Shown here: piece after piece, positions 25,751 to 35,325 of the stretch
Position numbering within the stretch: position 1 is the stretch's first letter
Layout: each line of letters begins with the position of its first letter
NCBI GenBank assembly: GCA_964577595.1
Contig: CAZNZK010000001.1
Coordinates: forward strand, 66,271 to 130,270
DNA: 64,000 bases
Origin: an uncultured Candidatus Saccharibacteria bacterium
GTDB taxonomy: Bacteria; Patescibacteriota; Minisyncoccia; Phycocordibacterales; JAKAEA01
Direction: 5' to 3'
Notes under the pieces: model-generated
Seen by the model: the letters and a program-made list of their open reading frames with translations, nothing else
Told to the model about the DNA's origin: nothing
The model's database searches: none
Program-made: the position numbers and the translations under genes

Positions 25751-26854
25751 ATGCTTCTTACCGTTCTCATTTTTATCGTCATTTTAGCCGTGCTTGTGCT
25801 CGTGCATGAGCTTGGGCATTTTCTAGTGGCAAAATGGAGTGGCATTCGGGTTGATGAGTTTGGTTTGGGTTTTCCGCCGCGATTAGCGAGTTGGAAACCG
25901 CGCGGTGGGGAAACTACCTATTCGCTTAATGCCATTCCGTTTGGTGGTTTTGTTAAAATTTTTGGCGAGAATGGGGCCGAGGAGGGTGTCAGCGAAGACG
26001 CTTCTCGCAGTTTTGTAGCTAAGCCTGCGGTAGTGCAAATTGCGGTGTTGGTGGCGGGGATCGCATTCAATCTGCTCTTTGCGTGGTCACTCATCTCGTT
26101 CGGCTTCATGATAGGCATGCCGGTACCGACCGATTATTTGCCCGGGGCACATCTTTCCAATGTGCAAACCACTATTACGAGTGTTGATCCCGCTTCGCCG
26201 GCAGCTCTCGCTGGTTTAAAAAGTGGTGACGAAGTGGTGGGCCTGAGTGTCGCGGACACTACAAGCGCTGGCATAACCATTAGCGACATTCAGCAATTTA
26301 CCGCCGCCCACCAAGGCCAGTCAATTATCGTTTCTTATAAGCGCGGAGTCACCCTTGGTACTGCGCAGGTGATTCCTGTTTTTGAAAGTAACATCAACCG
26401 TGCCGCCATTGGCGTGTCCTTGGATAGTATTGGTATTTTACGGCTCAATGTATTTTCGGCGCTTTGGCACGGGGCGACGCTTACCACTTCACTCGTCGGC
26501 GAAACGGCCACCGGCCTAGTGCAATTTCTTGGCCAGCTTTTTGTCGGTCATGCCAACTTAGCTCAGGTTACTGGCCCTGTTGGCATTGCCGGCTTGGTTG
26601 GCCAGGCCGCGGCCCTTGGCTTCGTCTACATTCTTTCCTTCACTGCCTTTATTTCCATCAATCTTGCCATCATCAATCTTATTCCGTTTCCGGCGCTGGA
26701 CGGCGGCCGCGTCCTGTTTGTCATTATTGAAAAAATCAAAGGCTCACCAATCAAGTCTTCGGTTTCAAATATGGTGAACACTGTCGGCTTCGTGCTCCTT
26801 ATTTTATTAATGCTCCTCGTGACCTTTCACGATATTGTTGGACTAGTACACTAA
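25751..26854 (+). CDS. rseP: RIP metalloprotease RseP (site-2 protease, M50 family)
   Basis: HELGHFLVAKWSGIRVDEFGLGFPP (HExxH), internal PDZ region, C-terminal NLIPFPALDGGRVLF. Confidence 0.75.
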   Translation: MLLTVLIFIVILAVLVLVHELGHFLVAKWSGIRVDEFGLGFPPRLASWKPRGGETTYSLNAIPFGGFVKIFGENGAEEGVSEDASRSFVAKPAVVQIAVLVAGIAFNLLFAWSLISFGFMIGMPVPTDYLPGAHLSNVQTTITSVDPASPAALAGLKSGDEVVGLSVADTTSAGITISDIQQFTAAHQGQSIIVSYKRGVTLGTAQVIPVFESNINRAAIGVSLDSIGILRLNVFSALWHGATLTTSLVGETATGLVQFLGQLFVGHANLAQVTGPVGIAGLVGQAAALGFVYILSFTAFISINLAIINLIPFPALDGGRVLFVIIEKIKGSPIKSSVSNMVNTVGFVLLILLMLLVTFHDIVGLVH

Positions 26855-26856
26855 AA

Positions 26857-27168
26857 TTAATCTAATTTTTTAGCCAAAGTTTCCGCGAGTGGTTTCCAGT
26901 TGGTCGTTTCAATGAGTTCGCGCATTTTTGTGACGATGTCGTCAGCATCGCCTTCTTCCACGATGCGCAAGGCACCCAAAGGCACACCTTTATAGTTGAA
27001 GAGCCGAACATCAAGCGTTTCTAGTTCGTCTGGCGTGAATTCATTCAGCATCCGCGTCGCTGTTGGCACGTTTTCTTTTGTGCTCAATTCTTGTAATTGA
27101 GCCCGGACATCCATGCTCTCAGGCGACTCGAGTTTAGTTGTTGTTCCTGGTGAATTTTCTTTTGACAT
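26857..27168 (-). CDS. hypothetical acidic protein
   Basis: 103-aa ORF convergent with rseP. Confidence 0.3.
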   Translation of the reverse strand: MSKENSPGTTTKLESPESMDVRAQLQELSTKENVPTATRMLNEFTPDELETLDVRLFNYKGVPLGALRIVEEGDADDIVTKMRELIETTNWKPLAETLAKKLD

Positions 27169-27232
27169 ATTCGCTAGTATACCATTCCGTGTTTTTTTTG
27201 GTATTTATACCACGTAGTGGTACAATCTTTCC

Positions 27233-28480
27233 ATGCGTCAATCTCAGCTTTTCACTAAAACCCGCCGCGAAGCGCCGGCCGACGAAGTCGCCAAAAACGC
27301 CCAGCTTCTTATTCGCGCTGGTTATATCCATAAAGAAATGGCAGGCGTCTATTCTTTTTTGCCGCTCGGCCTGCGGGTGATGAATAATATAGAGCGCATT
27401 ATTCGTGAAGAAATGGATGCTATTGGCGGCCAGGAGCTTTCGCTTACCGCCTTGCAGGACAAAAATCTCTGGAGCCGCACCGACCGCTGGGACGATAAAA
27501 AAGTAGACAACTGGTTCAAGAGCGCCTTTAAGGCTGGCGGAGAAGTCGGCTTGGCCATTACCCACGAAGAACCGCTCACGGCCATTATGAGCGAATATGT
27601 TTCTTCGTATCGCGACGTGCCGAAGCTTGTCTATCAATTTCAAACCAAGTTTCGCAATGAAATGCGGGCCAAAAGCGGTATCATGCGCGGCCGTGAGTTT
27701 TTAATGAAAGACATGTACTCTTTCGCCCGCGACCAAAAAGAGCATGAAATGCTCTATGGCAAAGTGCGGGAGGCCTATGTGAATATTTTTGAGCGCGTTG
27801 GCCTTGGCGCGGTTACGTTTCCGACATTCGCCACTGGCGGCATTTTCAGTAAATATTCCGAAGAATTTCAAACCGTTTCCGAAGCTGGCGAGGATTTAAT
27901 TTACGTTGATGAAAAAAAGAAGGTGGCTGTCAATAAAGAAGTTTTAAACGACGAAGTTCTGGCTGATTTGAAACTTGACCGAAACCACCTGGTGGAGAAA
28001 AAAGCCGTGGAAGTTGGCAACATTTTCTCCCTCGGCACCCGTTTTTCCGAAGCGCTCGGCTTAGCATTCACCGATGAAAAAGGCGAGAAAAAGCCAGTGG
28101 TCATGGGCAGCTATGGTATTGGCCTCGGCCGCTTAATGGGCACTATTGTAGAAACTTTAAGTGACGCTAAGGGCATTGTTTGGCCAAAAGCGGTGGCACC
28201 GTTCCATATCCACCTCATTTCATTGGTGGGTAAAACCGACACTGCTGGCGTAGCCAAAGCCGCCGATGCGCTCTATGAAAAACTTACCAAGGCTGGCATG
28301 ACTGTTCTCTACGATGACCGCGACGCTCGCGCCGGCGAAAAATTCGCCGATAGCGATTTACTCGGCATTCCCTCGCGCGTTGTCATCAGCGACAAAACCC
28401 TCACGGAAGGGAAAATTGAGTTCACTACCCGCGCCAATGGCGAAACCAAGTTTGTGACGGAAAAAGAACTCCTTGCTTGA
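27233..28480 (+). CDS. proS: prolyl-tRNA synthetase (bacterial-type core without the INS editing insertion)
   Basis: N-terminus MRQSQLFTKTRREAPADEVAKNAQLLIRAGYIHK is colinear with bacterial ProS. Class II motifs and C-terminal anticodon-binding domain present. 415 aa implies the ~180-aa editing domain is absent. Confidence 0.75.
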   Translation: MRQSQLFTKTRREAPADEVAKNAQLLIRAGYIHKEMAGVYSFLPLGLRVMNNIERIIREEMDAIGGQELSLTALQDKNLWSRTDRWDDKKVDNWFKSAFKAGGEVGLAITHEEPLTAIMSEYVSSYRDVPKLVYQFQTKFRNEMRAKSGIMRGREFLMKDMYSFARDQKEHEMLYGKVREAYVNIFERVGLGAVTFPTFATGGIFSKYSEEFQTVSEAGEDLIYVDEKKKVAVNKEVLNDEVLADLKLDRNHLVEKKAVEVGNIFSLGTRFSEALGLAFTDEKGEKKPVVMGSYGIGLGRLMGTIVETLSDAKGIVWPKAVAPFHIHLISLVGKTDTAGVAKAADALYEKLTKAGMTVLYDDRDARAGEKFADSDLLGIPSRVVISDKTLTEGKIEFTTRANGETKFVTEKELLA

Positions 28481-28483
28481 TTC

Positions 28484-28834
28484 ATGAAAATTGTTTCGTG
28501 GAATGTTAATGGCATTCGCTCGGTTTTCAAAACCACCTTTCTTTCGTATCTCCAAGAAGCCAACCCGGACATTATTTGTCTTCAGGAAATAAAAGCTGAT
28601 TTCACCGAGCTCGCTGAAGAATTTTTAAAAATTGATGGTTACTGGGCATACTTTAATTCCTCTGTCGTAAAGAAAGGTCGCTCTGGCGTTGCTATATATT
28701 CAAAAATAAAGCCGGAAAATGTAGAAACCAAGCTGGGCATTAGTCGTTTTGATAATGAGGGCCGGTGCCTCAAATTAACTTTTGCCGATTTCGTTCTGTT
28801 TAATTTTTACATTCCCAACGGCGGCCGTTCATGA
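28484..28834 (+). pseudogene. xth: exodeoxyribonuclease III (Xth/APE) N-terminal fragment; truncated after ~115 aa
   Basis: MKIVSWNVNGIRS...ICLQEIK...FYIPNGG matches the first third of ExoIII. Stop follows immediately, with ~270 nt of non-coding, hairpin-rich DNA before the next gene. Confidence 0.5.
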
Positions 28835-29104
28835 CAGTCAAAAACAAAGACGCATTTTAAAAGTAATTCTTCAAAAGAAAGGAGGTGGAAAAGTTTTCTT
28901 TTTGAGTGTGATGGAAAAAAGACATTTTTCAGGAACGAAAAAACTCAAGCGATAGCTTGAGTTATTTCGTGTGCCTGCCTGCTAGCCTGAAGCTAGGGAG
29001 GAGCTTTCACTCCGACAAGCACGGAAGTATTTTATTCCAACGGAAAAATAATGTCAATAATTGACTGCGGGCGATTTTGGGCTTACAGTTAGGCCATATT
29101 TCCT

Positions 29105-30253
29105 TTGGAAAACACTATGGCTACGCCTGCTCCCATCTCTTTCCGCCAACGCATTCGCGCCTTTCTTTCTAATGATATCGGCATTGACTTAGGCACGGCG
29201 AATACGCTCGTCTACGTGCGGGGGCGGGGGATTGTGGTGAACGAGCCTTCGGTAGTGGCGATTAATCAAAAAACAGGCATGGTGGTTGCTATTGGTACTC
29301 AGGCCAAGGACATGCTCGGGCGCACGCCCCAGCACATTACGGCAGTAAAGCCGATTGTTGAGGGTGTCATTTCCGATTTTGAAGTGACGGAAGAAATGAT
29401 GCGTTATTTACTCAAGCGCGCCCAGGAAGACGGCCGGAAATTTTTGGGGCCGCGTGTTGTTGTGGGTGTGCCCTCCGGCATTACGAATGTGGAAACGCGG
29501 GCAGTGCGTGACGCGGCTATTTCCGCCGGCGCGCGTGAAGTGCATATTATAGAAGAGCCAATGGCCGCGGCTATCGGCATTCGCTTGCCTGTTTTGGAAC
29601 CGGTGGGAAGTATGATTATTGATATCGGCGGCGGCACTACCGACATCGCCGTCATTTCACTTGGTGGCATTGTTGTTTCTAAAAACTTGAAAATCGCTGG
29701 CGACAAGCTTAATAGCGACATTATGAATTATATCCGCAATGAGTTTAAAATTTTAATCGGCGAAAAAACGGCCGAGTATATTAAAATAGCCATTGGCTCA
29801 GTTTCTGCGGAAGGAATGCCCGGTACTAGGACGGGTCGGAACAAAACGCCAGTTGGTGCGGTAAGTGAAATAGAACCACTGGAAGCGGTTATTCGTGGGC
29901 GCGATTTGGTGACCGGCTTGCCCCGTGAAGTAGTGGTAACTGATGTTGATATCCGAGAGGCCACGCGCCAATCCATAGAGACATTACTTGAGGCCGCAAA
30001 AGAAACATTAGAAACGACGCCGCCGGAAATTGTGGCAGATGTCATGCATCGCGGCGTACACGTCACTGGCGGAGGGGCACTTTTTCGCGGTTTGGCCGAT
30101 GTCTTGCGCGAGCATTTGAAAATTCCCGTGACCGTAGCCGACGATCCGCTTACCGCCGTGGCCCGTGGCACGGGTGTTGTTCTGGAAAACCTACCGCGCT
30201 ACATGGAGGTATTAATAAAGAACGATGATGCTCTTCCGTCCGCGAAATTCTAG
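29105..30253 (+). CDS. mreB: MreB-like actin homolog (copy 2, with ~40-aa insertion)
   Basis: IGIDLGTANTLVYVRGRGIVVNEPSVVAI..., DIGGGTTDIAVISLGG, HVTGGGALFRGL. Followed by mreC and mreD. Confidence 0.75.
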   Translation: MENTMATPAPISFRQRIRAFLSNDIGIDLGTANTLVYVRGRGIVVNEPSVVAINQKTGMVVAIGTQAKDMLGRTPQHITAVKPIVEGVISDFEVTEEMMRYLLKRAQEDGRKFLGPRVVVGVPSGITNVETRAVRDAAISAGAREVHIIEEPMAAAIGIRLPVLEPVGSMIIDIGGGTTDIAVISLGGIVVSKNLKIAGDKLNSDIMNYIRNEFKILIGEKTAEYIKIAIGSVSAEGMPGTRTGRNKTPVGAVSEIEPLEAVIRGRDLVTGLPREVVVTDVDIREATRQSIETLLEAAKETLETTPPEIVADVMHRGVHVTGGGALFRGLADVLREHLKIPVTVADDPLTAVARGTGVVLENLPRYMEVLIKNDDALPSAKF

Positions 30254-31100
30254 TTTCTCCAGTTCACGTGCGTTGACGCGTCAACGTCGCTGGTATACCG
30301 TGGCCGGCGTCGTACTCGCTCTCGCTCTGGTGTTGTTGGCGGCTCACTATGCGCCGCATTTCTTGGCAACACCTGTTCAAGGTATTGCTCGACCCATTAT
30401 CGCGGCTCGCGATTGGGTGGGCAATGGTTTGGGCGGTTTCCTCTCTTTCTTCCAAAACAAGGCCAGTTTGAGACAGCAAAATGTCGCATTGCAAGAAGAA
30501 TTGATTTTTTATAAAGCGGCGACAACCGAGCGGGATTATTTTCTGGCACAAAACAGTCGTCTACAGCAATTACTTGGCCAAATCGCCTCATCATCTTCGG
30601 CGGCACAGTTTGTGGCGGCAAATATTGTGGAGAAACCGAATTTTTCACCCTACGACACTATGTTAGTGGCGGCCAATAGTGGGGAAGGCATAACTACCGG
30701 CGATTTGGTTTTTGCCGATCCATTCACACTCGTGGGTTTTGTAAATTCTGTTTCGGCCGCCGCGGCCACAGTCACTGCGTATTCAACGCCGGGCCAACAG
30801 ATAAACGTGCTCATTGGTTCTTCTTCGGTTGAGGCCGCCGCTACCGGCCTCGGCGGGGGCACTTTGGAGGTGCGACTGCCTCGTAATTCACTGGTTGCCG
30901 CCGGCGACATTGTTACGGCCGCCGGCCTGCCCGGTAACTATATTCTCGGCCGGGTTACTATTGCTACCAGTACGCCGACGGACCCTTATGAACGGGTGCT
31001 CTTCACGTCACCGCTCGACATCTTTGATCTCTCGTATGTGCTTATAAAAATAGAAGCGCCGGCGTCGCATTTCGCCCCTCATGGTTCCGTCAAAAAATAG
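30225..31100 (+). CDS. mreC: rod shape-determining protein MreC
   Basis: N-terminal TM, coiled-coil LRQQNVALQEELIFYKAA, C-terminal beta domains. Operon position after mreB. Confidence 0.65.
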   Translation: MMLFRPRNSSFSSSRALTRQRRWYTVAGVVLALALVLLAAHYAPHFLATPVQGIARPIIAARDWVGNGLGGFLSFFQNKASLRQQNVALQEELIFYKAATTERDYFLAQNSRLQQLLGQIASSSSAAQFVAANIVEKPNFSPYDTMLVAANSGEGITTGDLVFADPFTLVGFVNSVSAAAATVTAYSTPGQQINVLIGSSSVEAAATGLGGGTLEVRLPRNSLVAAGDIVTAAGLPGNYILGRVTIATSTPTDPYERVLFTSPLDIFDLSYVLIKIEAPASHFAPHGSVKK

Positions 31101-31365
31101 ATGGCTCTATATAAGAATCGTGGCTGATACGGCTTTAGTATTGGCCGCCATAGCCGCGCCTTGGTGGTTGGTCGCCGTGCTTGCTAGTATCGCCGCTTTC
31201 TATTTTCGGCGCTGGGCGGAGCTTGTCGCGATTGGCATCATTCTTGACTCGCTTTATAATGGGCCGGCCGGTTGGTTTGGTGGTTTTCCTTACACGATGA
31301 CGTTAGTGGCCATTGTCACCCTTCTCGTCATTGAGTATTTGAAAACATTCTTGCGTACCTCCTAG
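31081..31365 (+). CDS. mreD: rod shape-determining protein MreD-like small membrane protein
   Basis: 94-aa polytopic membrane protein between mreC and PBP2. Confidence 0.45.
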   Translation: MVPSKNRWLYIRIVADTALVLAAIAAPWWLVAVLASIAAFYFRRWAELVAIGIILDSLYNGPAGWFGGFPYTMTLVAIVTLLVIEYLKTFLRTS

Positions 31366-31372
31366 TATCTTC

Positions 31373-33067
31373 ATGCGTTTCTTTAAACAGCTTCCCCCTT
31401 CATCGTCGGGTATTGATCCCGATCAGGTTTTCCTGGATGCCTCCAACTTGCCGCGTTTTGACCAGCATCAATTTGAAGGTCGCTTGGAAAAGCCCATCAG
31501 TCGTAATACGGTGTTTTTTATGAGCGTTTGCGTTCTCGTTGTTGGTCTTATTTTTATCGGACGTCTTTGGGATTTGCAGGTTGGCCACGGCGTTACCTAT
31601 AAGCAGTTGGCGGAAAGTAATAGTTTACACCCGTCCATTTTATTCGCGTCGCGCGGCGTTATCACCGATCGTAACGGTACTCTTCTTGCTTGGAATGGCG
31701 TTAACCCAGCTAACCCGGCGGTGCCCATGCGTAAGTATAGTACCGCTAATGGCATGTCTACCGTGTTGGGTTATGTAAAATATCCGACCCAAGACACGGC
31801 CGGTTTCTATTATCGCGAAGATTATCTCGGCGTGACCGGCGCGGAAAAATTCTTCAACGAACAGCTAACCGGCCAGAACGGCAGTGAATTGCGCGAACAA
31901 AATGCCGCCGGTGCGGTGCTTTCTGAAAGTGTTATTAAGCCGTCTCAACCGGGTAAAAGCGTCATACTCTCAATTGATAGTCGCGTTCAGTCTGAAATGT
32001 ACTCTGCGCTGGCCGATATTGCCGCTAAGGTGGGCTCGCCGGGCGGGGCCGGGCTCATTATGGACGTACATACTGGTGAAATCATGGCTGACGTCAGTTT
32101 CCCTGAATACAGCTCACAGGTCATGTCTGATGGCGTCAACACTGCCGCCATCAACTCCTATCTCAACGACCCGCGACATCTTCTTCTAGATCGTTCGGTT
32201 GACGGTCTCTATGCCCCTGGATCCATTATTAAGCCAGTTATGGCTCTTGGCGCGCTGGACACTGGCACTATTGCCGCCAGCACCATTCTCTATACTAATG
32301 GTTCAATTTCCGTGCCTAATCCCTACGATCCATCTGTTACGTATGTCTATCACGATTGGCGTAATAACGGCCCGCTTGATATGGAGCATGCCATTGCCGA
32401 ATCTTCCGACGTTTATTTTTATGAAGTTGGTGGTGGCTATCAGGGTCAAAAAGGTATGGGTATCGCCAATATTGATAAATATGCGGCGCTTTTTGGGTAT
32501 GGTCAGCTCGTGCCAAGTACTTTTTTTTCCGGACCGGCCGGTGTCGTGCCTTCACCCGATTGGAAAAAGGCTACGTTTAAGGGTGAAACCTGGACCATCG
32601 GCGATACATATCATAGTGCTATCGGTCAATTTGGCTGGCAAGTCACGCCTTTGCAAGTTTTGCGTGCCATTACTGCTGTGGCCAACGATGGCACACTTCT
32701 CACCCCGACCATTATACTGGGGGATACGAACGCGCTTTCTACAGCCACGCACATTAATTTACCGCAAAGTGAATTTGACGTGATCCACAAAGGCATGCGC
32801 CTTTCGGCTACAATCGGCACTGGCGACGCTCTGAATGTTGGTTATATGCAATTTGCCACCAAAACCGGTACTGCTCAGCTTGGCGCCAATAATGAATTGG
32901 AAAATTCCTGGGTTGGCGGTTTTTGGCCATACGATAATCCCAAGTATGCCTTTGTGATGATGCTGGAGCGTCGTCCTATCGGCAATGTTCTCGGCTCATT
33001 CACTGCCGCTCGCGAGCTTTTCGATTGGATGGCCACAAATACTCCCGAGTACATGGTGAATAACTAG
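31373..33067 (+). CDS. mrdA: penicillin-binding protein 2 (elongasome transpeptidase)
   Basis: SxxK (GSIIKPV), SxN-like (SSD) and KTG (KTGTAQ) transpeptidase motifs. N-terminal TM plus dimerisation domain. mre operon context. Confidence 0.75.
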   Translation: MRFFKQLPPSSSGIDPDQVFLDASNLPRFDQHQFEGRLEKPISRNTVFFMSVCVLVVGLIFIGRLWDLQVGHGVTYKQLAESNSLHPSILFASRGVITDRNGTLLAWNGVNPANPAVPMRKYSTANGMSTVLGYVKYPTQDTAGFYYREDYLGVTGAEKFFNEQLTGQNGSELREQNAAGAVLSESVIKPSQPGKSVILSIDSRVQSEMYSALADIAAKVGSPGGAGLIMDVHTGEIMADVSFPEYSSQVMSDGVNTAAINSYLNDPRHLLLDRSVDGLYAPGSIIKPVMALGALDTGTIAASTILYTNGSISVPNPYDPSVTYVYHDWRNNGPLDMEHAIAESSDVYFYEVGGGYQGQKGMGIANIDKYAALFGYGQLVPSTFFSGPAGVVPSPDWKKATFKGETWTIGDTYHSAIGQFGWQVTPLQVLRAITAVANDGTLLTPTIILGDTNALSTATHINLPQSEFDVIHKGMRLSATIGTGDALNVGYMQFATKTGTAQLGANNELENSWVGGFWPYDNPKYAFVMMLERRPIGNVLGSFTAARELFDWMATNTPEYMVNN

Positions 33068-33069
33068 TA

Positions 33070-33130
33070 GGCAAAAGGGCTTTGACGAAGGCTTTCCCTC
33101 TCGTCCGGCCTGAGAAAAAGTCCTTTTGCC
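33070..33130 (+). repeat. nested-hairpin intergenic repeat, family 1 copy 1 (GGCAAAAGG...AGGC-TTTCCCTCTCGTCCG-GCCT-GAGAAAAAGT-CCTTTTGCC)
   Basis: 61-nt element immediately after the mrdA stop. Conserved core shared with 33713..33773. Outer and inner stems differ between copies but remain paired. Confidence 0.5.
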
Positions 33131-33216
33131 GAGTATTTGTCCCCACGTGTTCTTGACTTATCGCCCAGAATTGGTAAACTTGCGCGTACTTTTACTCCCT
33201 TATTTTTTTCACGATT

Positions 33217-33693
33217 ATGCCTGATACCAAAGAATACTTGACCCAGGAAAAACGCGACGAGCTTGTTAAAGAATTAGAACATCTTCGCAATACCAAGCGC
33301 AAAGAAGTGGCTGAAGAGCTTGAATATTCAAAACAGCTCGGTGATCTTTCTGAAAATGCCGAATATCACCAGGCCCGTGAAGAGCAAGCGATGCTTGAAG
33401 ATCGTATTGGTAAATTAGAAAGCCTGCTTAAAGGAGCGGCTATTATTGGCGGCGACACAAATGTTCGCCGTGGCATTGTTTCTGTTGGTTCAACGGTAGA
33501 GTTACATCGGGAAGGCAAAAAAGACAGCGTTTCCTATACTATCGTCGGTAGTGAAGAGGCCAACACGGCTGCGGGCAAAATTTCCTCATCTTCACCAATT
33601 GGCTCTGCTATGCTCGGTAAGAAGAAAGGTGATTCTGTCACTGTAAAAACCCCAGGTGGCGATGCTGTGTACTCCATCGTAAAAATTTCCTAG
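33217..33693 (+). CDS. greA: transcription elongation factor GreA
   Basis: N-terminal coiled coil with LGDLSENAEYHQAREEQAMLEDRIGKLE. C-terminal FKBP-like domain. Confidence 0.8.
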   Translation: MPDTKEYLTQEKRDELVKELEHLRNTKRKEVAEELEYSKQLGDLSENAEYHQAREEQAMLEDRIGKLESLLKGAAIIGGDTNVRRGIVSVGSTVELHREGKKDSVSYTIVGSEEANTAAGKISSSSPIGSAMLGKKKGDSVTVKTPGGDAVYSIVKIS

Positions 33694-33712
33694 GGGATTT
33701 GCTAGAATAAAA

Positions 33713-33773
33713 GGCAGAAAGGGTTTTCCGAAAGCTTTCCCTCTCGTCCGGCTTGAGAAAAACCTTTTCTGCC
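33713..33773 (+). repeat. nested-hairpin intergenic repeat, family 1 copy 2
   Basis: GGCAGAAAGG-gttttccgaa-AAGC-TTTCCCTCTCGTCCG-GCTT-GAGAAAAA-CCTTTTCTGCC immediately after the greA stop. Compensatory changes relative to copy 1 in both stems. Confidence 0.5.
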
Positions 33774-33787
33774 GTTAATTATTACAC

Positions 33788-35275
33788 ATGGCAACACTTG
33801 AAGAATTACGCGAGGTTCGTCTTAAAAAGTTGGCGTTATTGCGCCAGAAGGGAATGGATCCCTACCCGGCAGTAGTTGCCCGGGACTTTTCACTGGCCGC
33901 TTTGGTGGAGGAATTTCCCCGAATTGCGCCCGAACGCGCTCTTTCCATAGCTGGCCGCATTATGGCTCTTCGCCCGCAGGGCGCTCTCACGTTTATTGTC
34001 CTTAATGACGGCACCGGAAAATTTCAGGCCCTCATCAAAAAAGATGAAATTTCTGCCGACCAGTGGGAACTTTTCGAGCAGGCGGTAGACATTGGTGACT
34101 TTCTGGAAATCACCGGCACGCTTTTTACTACCGCCCGCGGCGAAAAAACCATAACCGTGAAGCGCTGGAAAATGCTCTCAAAGTCGCTCTTGCCGTTGCC
34201 GGAAAAGTGGCACGGCTTGCAGGACGAAGAAGAAAAGCTCCGCAAGCGCTATTTAGATATTCTATTCAATCCTGCTACTCGCGAGCTTTTGGAGAAGAAG
34301 GCAAAATTCTGGCAATTCATTCGCGCCTACCTTATAAAGGCCGGTTTCTTGGAAGTAGAAACGCCAACCCTTGAGCTCACCACGGGCGGCGCCGAAGCCC
34401 GGCCATTTAAAACCCACCATAACGATTACGACATCGACGTCTTTCTGCGTATTTCTGTTGGCGAGCTTTGGCAAAAACGCCTTTTGGCCGCCGGTTTTCC
34501 ACGTGTATTTGAAATCGGCCGCATTTATCGCAATGAAGGCTCCAGCCCCGAACATCTCCAAGAATTCACCAATATTGAGTTTTACGCCGCCTACATGGAC
34601 TACGAAGAAGGAATGGTCTTCACGGAGAAACTCTTGCGCGAAATGGCCGAGCAGGTTTTTGGCACCACTAAATTTTCTTCTCGCGGTTTTGAATTTGATT
34701 TCGCTAATGGCGGCAAGCCTTGGCCCAAACTTGATTACGTTGAGGCGATAGAAAAAATGGCCGGTGTCAATATTCTCAAAGCTACTGAAGAAGAAATGCG
34801 CGCCAAGCTGGACGAATTAAAAGTAAAATACGACGGCACCAATAAAGAGCGCCTTATAGACACACTCTGGAAATATTGCCGCAAGCAAATCGCTGGCCCC
34901 ACCTGGCTGGTCAATCATCCGAAAATTGTTTCGCCGCTCGCCAAAGCTAATCTAAAAAATCTGGAACTCACCCAGCGCGTCCAACTCATCCTTGCTGGTG
35001 CCGAAGTCACCAACGGTTTCAGCGAGCTCAACGACCCTGTTGACCAGCGCGCTCGTTTCCAGGAACAGCAGAAGCTCATTGACCGCGGCGACGAGGAAGC
35101 GATGATGCCCGATATAGAATTCGTTGAGATGCTTGAACATGCTATGCCACCCGCTTTCGGCAATGGGTTCGGTGAACGCCTTTTTGCCATCCTCGCCGGC
35201 GTGCCTGTGCGCGACGCACAAACATTTCCGCTGGTAAGGCCGAAGAAAGAAAAAACTGAAAAAAATAAAGAATAA
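33788..35275 (+). CDS. lysS: lysyl-tRNA synthetase, class II
   Basis: N-terminal OB anticodon-binding domain. Class II motifs including FEIGRIYRNEGSSPEHLQEFTNIEFY and C-terminal GFGERLFAIL. Confidence 0.85.
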   Translation: MATLEELREVRLKKLALLRQKGMDPYPAVVARDFSLAALVEEFPRIAPERALSIAGRIMALRPQGALTFIVLNDGTGKFQALIKKDEISADQWELFEQAVDIGDFLEITGTLFTTARGEKTITVKRWKMLSKSLLPLPEKWHGLQDEEEKLRKRYLDILFNPATRELLEKKAKFWQFIRAYLIKAGFLEVETPTLELTTGGAEARPFKTHHNDYDIDVFLRISVGELWQKRLLAAGFPRVFEIGRIYRNEGSSPEHLQEFTNIEFYAAYMDYEEGMVFTEKLLREMAEQVFGTTKFSSRGFEFDFANGGKPWPKLDYVEAIEKMAGVNILKATEEEMRAKLDELKVKYDGTNKERLIDTLWKYCRKQIAGPTWLVNHPKIVSPLAKANLKNLELTQRVQLILAGAEVTNGFSELNDPVDQRARFQEQQKLIDRGDEEAMMPDIEFVEMLEHAMPPAFGNGFGERLFAILAGVPVRDAQTFPLVRPKKEKTEKNKE

Positions 35276-35302
35276 AAAACCGGTGGCGAACCATCGGTTT
35301 TC
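35275..35302. terminator. bidirectional intrinsic terminator hairpin (AAAACCGGTGG-CGAA-CCATCGGTTTT)
   Basis: Stem-loop with flanking A and T tracts between convergent lysS and the 35326..35835 gene. Confidence 0.5.
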
Positions 35303-35325
35303 CTTTCGTGTTTGTACATTTGTGA

